Shown one piece after another: positions 25,601-32,000 of a stretch of DNA of 32,000 bases. This DNA is from Acaryochloris marina MBIC11017 (GTDB lineage: Bacteria; Cyanobacteriota; Cyanobacteriia; Thermosynechococcales; Thermosynechococcaceae), in assembly GCF_000018105.1 (NCBI RefSeq), contig NC_009926.1, forward strand, positions 1 through 32,000, in the 5' to 3' direction. The notes beneath the pieces are model-generated. The model had not been told where the DNA came from. It searched no databases and saw nothing but the letters and a program-made list of their open reading frames with translations. The translations under genes were made by a program, and so were the position numbers. Position 1 is the first letter of the stretch. Each line of letters opens with the position of its first letter.

Positions 25601-27051
25601 CAAACACCCTCCACAAAGTAAATTTCTACTTCCTTATCAAAGTGATAGAGGCCACTGCGAGAACCACTAGAACGATTGGGAGCAAAGCTATTCACGAGAG
25701 ACGAGGCTCTATCTCCCACACTGCTTGAACGGAGCTGGTCAAAGCCCACATTGAGGCCCGCCCTGAGCAGCTTGTTGCCAAAACCTTCTCCTTGACCTTT
25801 GAGCTTGGCTTGCAGATAGGGAGACTGCTTGTATTGGACAACCGCAACAGGCGTCTTTCTGCTTTCTGGTGACTCATCCGTCAGATTGACATGCTCAATG
25901 GGCTGTTGGTTGACTTCCACCACTTGCATACTCAAAAAGTCACCCTCCGCACTGGTCACTTCTGCCAAGACTTTGGAGCCTTTCTTCGCCATTGCCCCTA
26001 AGTCTTCACTCAGGGTCAACAGATACCGCTGACCGATGATCGCGTCACTGTTCTGGGGTATCCAGGTAATCGGATTGTCGAGCTTCGCCTTGGCTGTCGT
26101 ACCAGGGGAAATCAGTCCCTTTCCGAGTGGACTACTGCTAGCGGGGTAGAGGGCAGTGGGTGCATCGGATACCTGATTATCCTCCAGCAAATCACCCGTC
26201 AAAGAAGCCACCAGTATTCCTTGGGGTGGAGGGGCTTTGGCAACAGGTTTTGTGGTAATCGGTTTACGGACGGGGTGAGAGGTGGATACCTTGATGGGAC
26301 GAATGGGCTTGGGTTGAATGGGTCGAGCAGGCTGCACGGGCTTCGGAGTAAAGGCCGACTGCTGGGCAAGGCTGAAGTTAGCAGCAGGCTTGGGGGCTTG
26401 AGCGACGGGTCGGGGGGCTGGGGGTCTAGCCGCAACAGGCTGAGGCTTGGGAGCAGGTCTATTGCGATAAACGATCCGAGGTCGAGACGGGGGTACAGAC
26501 CGACGTACCTGGATGGGTCGGGTCACCCGATGGGCTGCACTGGGCGGTCTGCGGTGGGACTGGGCTGGCTTCGTCTTCGGCACCACTATCGGCTTCTGGG
26601 GGACTGCTGTGAGCTTGTTCTGGCCCGGAGCATCCGTCACATTTCCCGTTTCATACTTCTGCTTTAGCTCAGAAATTTGGACGGCTTGACTCTTGATAAT
26701 GGCATCCTTATCATCCTCAGCCATCCCAATCGAGGGCTGGGGCCTGGTGGCAACCGCTGGCTTGGGAGTATCACTGTTCCCCGATGTCACGGCTTGAACC
26801 ACCGCCAGAATTAGAAAGATACTCCCTCCAATTACCCCAATCTGGATGGGTAACCGTCGTCTTGTCTTGGTCGGTGTCTGGGCATCAAACTCATGGGTCA
26901 GTTCCGGTAAATGGAAGTCTTGCAGGGTGGCGGGTACAGGTTCTTGGGGTTGTGCCTGTGCTGGGTCAGGCTTGGTATCCTTGACACCCGCCTTGGGCTT
27001 ATTCTTGTTAATCGCAGCTAGGGCTTCTTTTTTGGTCTTGATATCAGACAT
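25600..27051 (-). CDS. VirB10/TrbI-like T4SS protein (N-terminal TM, long Pro-rich linker, C-terminal beta domain)
   Basis: The architecture matches VirB10: a cytoplasmic N-terminus, TM LPIQIGVIGGSIFLILAVVQAV, about 150 aa of Pro-rich repeats (PKP/RP), then a globular C-terminus. Its operon position after the VirB8-like gene also fits. No decisive motif. Confidence 0.45.
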   Translation of the reverse strand: MSDIKTKKEALAAINKNKPKAGVKDTKPDPAQAQPQEPVPATLQDFHLPELTHEFDAQTPTKTRRRLPIQIGVIGGSIFLILAVVQAVTSGNSDTPKPAVATRPQPSIGMAEDDKDAIIKSQAVQISELKQKYETGNVTDAPGQNKLTAVPQKPIVVPKTKPAQSHRRPPSAAHRVTRPIQVRRSVPPSRPRIVYRNRPAPKPQPVAARPPAPRPVAQAPKPAANFSLAQQSAFTPKPVQPARPIQPKPIRPIKVSTSHPVRKPITTKPVAKAPPPQGILVASLTGDLLEDNQVSDAPTALYPASSSPLGKGLISPGTTAKAKLDNPITWIPQNSDAIIGQRYLLTLSEDLGAMAKKGSKVLAEVTSAEGDFLSMQVVEVNQQPIEHVNLTDESPESRKTPVAVVQYKQSPYLQAKLKGQGEGFGNKLLRAGLNVGFDQLRSSSVGDRASSLVNSFAPNRSSGSRSGLYHFDKEVEIYFVEGV

Positions 27052-27053
27052 GA

Positions 27054-27773
27054 CTAAAAATCCTCCATTGATGTAATCATCAGGCCGTGACGCTGGTACT
27101 TGGTGATCAGGTGGTTGAGTTGGCTATAGGAGTCCCCAAACAGTCGCTGAGCTTCCCCTTCCGTGGGAATCACAGCCTCAACCACGAGCTTTTTATTCAA
27201 TTTCTCCGGGAAGGATTTACCGTCCTTAGACCGATGGGTACGGATGGAAATCACATGGATCTGCCACTGACCCGGTTTGATCTGGGTGAGATGGATATCC
27301 GTATCCCGCTTAATCTCAACGACGCTCTGCCATTGACCCGACAGGTATTCTTGGATCGGTTGCTGAGCTTTCTCATATTTCTGATGCTCAATCTCTAGCC
27401 AGCCATCCCGGAGCAGGGGGTCGATGGACTGGGCTACGGCAAACAGCTCCCCTGGATAAATGTGGTCGTTATGCTTCTTGGGAGGACTGCCCCCATTCCA
27501 GGTCCAACCCACTTTGACGAGTTCATAGGCATAGGTTCTCAGGAGCGCGTCCTCCCGGTGCAAGGGGTCCACTTTTTCAGCCTGGACGGTCTCATCGTCC
27601 TGGGTCTGGACGTAGATGGTGGATTGGTCTGATGCGAGTTGGGCACTGCGGGAGCTGGAGAGGAATGCTCCACAGCTTGAAAAGAAGTTGAGGGTGAACA
27701 CCCCCAAAATGGCATACAGCACATAGGGGGGCTGTTTCTTGTGGGTTTCGCTTGGGTATTGGAGTTTTAGCAT
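27054..27773 (-). CDS. bitopic membrane protein in the VirB8/TrbF-like position
   Basis: 239 aa with a single N-terminal TM (YVLYAILGVFTLNFFSS) and a globular periplasmic part. Size, topology and gene order resemble VirB8. The stop is adjacent to the next start. Confidence 0.35.
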   Translation of the reverse strand: MLKLQYPSETHKKQPPYVLYAILGVFTLNFFSSCGAFLSSSRSAQLASDQSTIYVQTQDDETVQAEKVDPLHREDALLRTYAYELVKVGWTWNGGSPPKKHNDHIYPGELFAVAQSIDPLLRDGWLEIEHQKYEKAQQPIQEYLSGQWQSVVEIKRDTDIHLTQIKPGQWQIHVISIRTHRSKDGKSFPEKLNKKLVVEAVIPTEGEAQRLFGDSYSQLNHLITKYQRHGLMITSMEDF

Positions 27774-27786
27774 GGGTCTGATATCT

Positions 27787-29172
27787 CTATCGATTTCTCA
27801 AGGCTCTGGAGGTGACGGCTGAACTCGCGGATAAGGCAGCGGAAGACACAACGGTCACTGCTGCTCCCACGGTGGTCACCACAGCTCCCGTATAGACCCC
27901 TGATGCAGCTAATGCCCCCACCGTCACCGCAGCCGTGGCGACCGCAGGGGCGATATAGCCTAAGAAGGTGGCAAAGGCGGCTCCTTGATCCGCGATGGGG
28001 TTATCCGTTAGATAGATCGCCCCAAATCCAATCACGAAGATATAGGCGAATCGCACAAGGGCAATAATGACCAGGGCTTTCTGGTACTGCAAAACCGCCC
28101 ACTTATGACCCGCAATCGGTAGGGTGGAATAGATGATCATGATCGGGGCTAAGATCCCTGACAGAATCAAGGCCAGTTCTTGGCCGGAGACAAACCAGTA
28201 TTGGATCTGGAGAGGACCTTCGATAGAGACGGTCCGAACCGCATTCTCTTTAACCACGTTGAAGCCATGTATGGCATCATCAATGGGGTTCAAGGTGTTA
28301 AATATCGCGGCACTAATGCGGCCTAGATCGGCTTGAATCCCTTTTTTACGACTTTCAATCACTTCCAGAGCCGTCTCACAGCTCGGGCAGTCTTTCTTGA
28401 TGGCAGCCTCATCCCGTTCCAGCTTTTGGGCCAACAACTCCAAGCAGCGCACGGCGGTTTGCACTTTCGGGGCTTGAACCTGGTCCAGTCCTTGACTGGA
28501 GGACGCGGCTGCGGGGTCTCTGAGGGTGATTGCCGGCAGACGAGAACAGCTCGCAGACTGACGGTTATATTCGGCTATCGCTGAGGACGCATGAATCTTG
28601 TCCTTGAGGGCATCCCGGACCACTAGCCCCGCCCACTGGGAATCGAGGATCAGGTCGCTCCCTCGATTGGCCACCTCCCGAAAACTCCAGGCAACGACTT
28701 TCGCCCCCCAGCCATAGTTGAGGGTAAAGGCGAGGAGTAAGACGATGGGAACGATCTGCTGCAAGACAATCCGATGGGTTTCCCCACTCAAAAAGCTCAT
28801 CCCCGCTCTCGCCATCAGCACGAGGCAGGCCACGAGCAAAAAGGGCAGCAGGATGCTAAACATCGCCTTGTTATTGACGGTCGTCCGGGGGTTATCTCCG
28901 AGGATGTCCTCCCACAAGGCATCCCACCATTGGGAGGTCTCAAACATGCGGATCTTGGACTCCCGCAGCAGGTCTACACCCACGGAAGGGTCGAGGTCCT
29001 CATTAATGGCATGGGCTGACACTTCACCCAAGGCGATAAACAGTAGGGTGAGACCGATGACGGACACTATCGTTCTAGGGAGCGGCCTCTGAATATAAGC
29101 CAGGAATGTAGAGGTAGTTGAAGCTAAGCTGCTCCCGCAGAGCGGCCTGGTCTTGGGCGCGGTGTCGTTCAT
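27787..29172 (-). CDS. polytopic inner-membrane T4SS protein (VirB6/TrbL-like)
   Basis: 461 aa with at least 6 predicted TM helices and a Gly/Ala/Val/Thr-rich C-terminal tail. It follows the VirB5/TrbJ-like gene. The annotated start overlaps that gene by 98 nt, so the true start is uncertain. Confidence 0.5.
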   Translation of the reverse strand: MNDTAPKTRPLCGSSLASTTSTFLAYIQRPLPRTIVSVIGLTLLFIALGEVSAHAINEDLDPSVGVDLLRESKIRMFETSQWWDALWEDILGDNPRTTVNNKAMFSILLPFLLVACLVLMARAGMSFLSGETHRIVLQQIVPIVLLLAFTLNYGWGAKVVAWSFREVANRGSDLILDSQWAGLVVRDALKDKIHASSAIAEYNRQSASCSRLPAITLRDPAAASSSQGLDQVQAPKVQTAVRCLELLAQKLERDEAAIKKDCPSCETALEVIESRKKGIQADLGRISAAIFNTLNPIDDAIHGFNVVKENAVRTVSIEGPLQIQYWFVSGQELALILSGILAPIMIIYSTLPIAGHKWAVLQYQKALVIIALVRFAYIFVIGFGAIYLTDNPIADQGAAFATFLGYIAPAVATAAVTVGALAASGVYTGAVVTTVGAAVTVVSSAALSASSAVTSRALRNR

Positions 29173-30226
29173 CTTTGTATAGCTCCAGTTCAGCTCGGAT
29201 TTGTTCTTGGAGAGTGAGTTCTGAGGCGCTTAGGTGCAGCCCCGTCGTGCGCTGCTGATGGGCAAGGGCAGAGCCAACCACGAGGGCATCTGAAGACTTC
29301 TTCTGCTCCTCTTGACCCGATACGACGTTGCTCAGTATGGCTCCATTGGTTGCGGTTCCTTGAGCCATCAGGCTGTTTTGAGCGGTGAGGGACTTGAGGA
29401 CTGCTTGGGAGGACTTCAGGGTTTGGGCTTTCTGGCCCGTCTCCCCAACAGAGGTCGCAATCCCAGCCCCCGCTGTGGCTTGCTCTTTGCTAGCGGCACT
29501 GAGCTGCACGAGGGCTTGAGTGGACTCAATGGTGTTAACCACGGACTGCTGCACTTGCTCTCCCTGCTGCTGAATCAAGGCTTGACCATCCTCAGAGAAG
29601 ACGAGCTGAGTCATCAGTTGGGGGAGTAAGGCTTTACGGGCCTCGTTGTTGCGGGCTTGGGTATACACCTGAAAGGGGTCTTGGGGATCTGAATAAATGG
29701 GGTCCTCAGATCCACTGCCTCCTTGCTGGCTTTCGCTGGTGCCATTGGTGCCCAATTTGTCGTACTCAGAGAGGACGGTAGAGATGGACCCGCTTAGGAT
29801 CCGCTTCAGGGAGAAGTTATCGATTGCGTCATATATGGCTCGGCCTACCTTGTAGGCATCAAGCGCTTTCTGTCCATATTCATAGACCTTGAGAATCTTG
29901 CGTTGGGTCTCATTGATCACCCTCGCTTGTCCAGGTTTCTGCTTGGGTCCAAGGACATTAAAGACCGTGCCGAGGAGACCACTAGGGAGCTGAGCCGTGG
30001 GCACTTCCGTATAGGTAGACGTATCTAGAGGATTATCCTTGGCTATCGTCACATCCCCCGTGGGGATGGGAACATCAGGGAAGGTGGTGGGTGTAGTGGT
30101 GGTCGGTAAGGTGATATCGGTGCTAATCACGGGGTCGTCGTAGGACACCTGAGCATAGGCGGGGACGGTGGTGATGGTAGCTTGAACTGACAGAACCAGA
30201 GTTATCAGTAAAGGTTTAGGCTGCAT
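29075..30226 (-). CDS. secreted Gln/Ala/Ser-rich coiled protein (VirB5/TrbJ-like position)
   Basis: Signal peptide MQPKPLLITLVLSVQATITTVPAYAQ from ATG 30226, followed by long helical Q/A/S-rich segments. It lies immediately after VirB4, overlapping its stop by 11 nt. Confidence 0.45.
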   Translation of the reverse strand: MQPKPLLITLVLSVQATITTVPAYAQVSYDDPVISTDITLPTTTTPTTFPDVPIPTGDVTIAKDNPLDTSTYTEVPTAQLPSGLLGTVFNVLGPKQKPGQARVINETQRKILKVYEYGQKALDAYKVGRAIYDAIDNFSLKRILSGSISTVLSEYDKLGTNGTSESQQGGSGSEDPIYSDPQDPFQVYTQARNNEARKALLPQLMTQLVFSEDGQALIQQQGEQVQQSVVNTIESTQALVQLSAASKEQATAGAGIATSVGETGQKAQTLKSSQAVLKSLTAQNSLMAQGTATNGAILSNVVSGQEEQKKSSDALVVGSALAHQQRTTGLHLSASELTLQEQIRAELELYKDERHRAQDQAALREQLSFNYLYIPGLYSEAAP

Positions 30227-32000
30227 AGTCTTCCACTCCAATGGTTTCAACCTCAATCCCTTGTTTGTTGGCCTGGGAGAGCTGATCGCCAAAGTCCACT
30301 AATCCGGCTACGGGGTCATCAGGATAGCGAGACATCACCCGGTTGCGGGCTTTGGTTTGCTCCCCTTGGTTGGCACCGACTCCCAAGGTGAAGTTGCTGG
30401 GGTTATGGGTGACGATCAGTTGCCGAGACCCTCGCTGCCAGCACCAATGGGACTGCTGGAGGGACTTGGAGGCGCGAAAGGATTCATGCTCAAATTTCTC
30501 AAGGATCTTGGACTGGATCCCAAATTCTGAGACCAATAGCTTACGGGCATATTCATTGACGTGACTGACAAATTTGTTCTGGAGGTTGGAGATGACCTTG
30601 GATGCACAGCTTGAATCCAGTAGGGTTTTTACCTCTGTCATTCCAATCAGGATGTTGCACTGCCATTTACGGCCTGAGTTGGCGAGAGACCCCACCATCT
30701 CTGCAAAGATGGTACGGGTTAATAGCTCTGACCCTTCATCAACCGGTAACAGGGTCCGCTTGCCGTTCATGGCTTTGCGGATCAGCAAGTCAAACCCCGC
30801 CACCCCATAGACGAGGGAGTCACTGTCGTTGTCCACGTTGGTCAGTCCCAAGATCAGGGCATCCACGTTGGCGTCAAAGGAGCTGATGCCATTGATAGAA
30901 TCTCCTAATGCCGTGGGGATGACGCCCTCTAATAGGAGCTGTAGGTGCTCAAAGGTTCGCTGTAAGTCGGGACCACAGTCGTTCACTTGGATATACTGCT
31001 TCAGCCAGACTTTGGCAAAGGCGACAAACTCCTCATAAATGGGCATCTGTGCCGCTTCATCGGAACCGAAAGGCGCATTTGACGCGAGGGTGTAGCGCTC
31101 AAGGTGGGCCTCGTGAAAGGATTCAAAGCATAAGCCCAAAGCCCGCTCAATCAGGAGGTTCTCCATCGGGTTAGACTGGCCCGCATCCCCCATCGCAATC
31201 GCTTTAAGGATCCTCAACTTGTTGCGCTTGATAAATTTCCACGCTTCCTCACGGGTGGGCTGTTGGGAGTCATAGCCCGGATCACCCGGTTTGGGCAGAT
31301 CATCAATCCAGGAGACATCGGGAATCTCCATGACGTTGATGGTGGCTTTGTCTACGGGTTTGTAATTGGAGGACACCCCTAATTGCTCTTGGGTTGCCAT
31401 ATAAGGTTCATAGCTGGATTTACCCGTGGGGGGCGGGAAGTCAAACCCCACGACGTTCATCCCTTCCCGCTGGCAATAGCTCGTCATCTCCAGCATCAGC
31501 ATGGTTTTACCTGCCCCCGTTTCCCCCGTGACGAGGGTGTGATTCGGGAAGGTATGGGCTAGATCGAGGTAAAAGGAAATCGGAAGGTCATAACCTATGA
31601 GCAACACCCCCCGACAATCCATCGGGGCGGGATGGATTTGGGGCAGGGTGGGCAGCACTCTCGGGGACATGGTTTTATACAGGTGATTCCCCCCGCCCGG
31701 TAAGGTGAGCATGGGGGCGGCACTGATGGCGAGGCTCGTACACCAGTGATGCTCAAATTTCTGGGTAATCTTGACGGCTTTGGTCCCCTCTAGCTTTTGG
31801 GCTAAGGCGTCCAGGTCAAGGTTGAGTTGGTCTACGGAATCCCGATAGAGGAAGATGGCGAAGGCGACCCAAAAGGGACGATTGCCGTTGTTCATCCACT
31901 CTAGGTTTTTCTTCGTTTCTTCAAGGCGTTCTAAGGCAATGGGGTTCAGTTCTTTACGCTGGGCGGCATCCCCCATTTTGCGGATAGAGTTCCGCCCCGT
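30216..32000 (-). CDS. VirB4/TrbE-family T4SS ATPase (5' end probably beyond the window)
   Basis: Walker A LVTGETGAGKTMLM and Walker B-like LLPVDEGSELL. The frame remains open upstream of the first Met to the window edge, and VirB4 proteins are usually about 800 aa. Confidence 0.7.
   Translation of the reverse strand, partial: TGRNSIRKMGDAAQRKELNPIALERLEETKKNLEWMNNGNRPFWVAFAIFLYRDSVDQLNLDLDALAQKLEGTKAVKITQKFEHHWCTSLAISAAPMLTLPGGGNHLYKTMSPRVLPTLPQIHPAPMDCRGVLLIGYDLPISFYLDLAHTFPNHTLVTGETGAGKTMLMLEMTSYCQREGMNVVGFDFPPPTGKSSYEPYMATQEQLGVSSNYKPVDKATINVMEIPDVSWIDDLPKPGDPGYDSQQPTREEAWKFIKRNKLRILKAIAMGDAGQSNPMENLLIERALGLCFESFHEAHLERYTLASNAPFGSDEAAQMPIYEEFVAFAKVWLKQYIQVNDCGPDLQRTFEHLQLLLEGVIPTALGDSINGISSFDANVDALILGLTNVDNDSDSLVYGVAGFDLLIRKAMNGKRTLLPVDEGSELLTRTIFAEMVGSLANSGRKWQCNILIGMTEVKTLLDSSCASKVISNLQNKFVSHVNEYARKLLVSEFGIQSKILEKFEHESFRASKSLQQSHWCWQRGSRQLIVTHNPSNFTLGVGANQGEQTKARNRVMSRYPDDPVAGLVDFGDQLSQANKQGIEVETIGVEDYAA

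Noticed and set aside
26221-26667. 148-aa plus-strand ORF, with other ORFs at 25829, 26784 and 26846, antisense to the VirB10-like gene
   Set aside because: The Gly/Arg-rich translation is the mirror of the Pro-rich CCN codons on the other strand. It has no start context and overlaps a much longer coherent ORF.

Overview
The window looks like a cyanobacterial plasmid or ICE segment. Evidence: HIP1 GCGATCGC palindromes at 417, 457, 2365, 19890 and 23093; a cyanobacterial-type NdhK; Uma2 remnants; a CyRepA-like rep gene. Layout: (1) 1-6.5 kb holds small accessory genes: R2K-like ATP-grasp, a half-MreB fragment, a frameshifted Zn-ribbon gene, an orphan ndhK paralog, a DUF3768-like protein and an HTH regulator with repeated operators. 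(2) 6.9-13.1 kb holds a large Toprim primase / P-loop helicase replication gene split by an IS21-family element (istA/istB). (3) 13.1-18.7 kb is a strikingly AT-rich, HIP1-free island. It carries a C5 cytosine methyltransferase, a 723-aa protein fusing a MORC/MutL-like GHKL module to a HisKA+HATPase histidine kinase, and a REC-domain protein with an unassignable ~260-aa C-terminal domain. Palindromic and structured non-coding elements follow. I consider this island the best candidate for an undescribed, two-component-signalling defence-like system. (4) 19-32 kb is a minus-strand type IV secretion/conjugation block: VirB4, B5/TrbJ-like, B6/TrbL-like, B8-like, B10-like and a three-domain cell-wall hydrolase. 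It is interrupted by an oppositely oriented NACHT NTPase with a glycine-zipper transmembrane repeat C-terminus, and that gene is flanked by 38-bp direct repeats. All family calls come from motif reading by eye; no searches were run.
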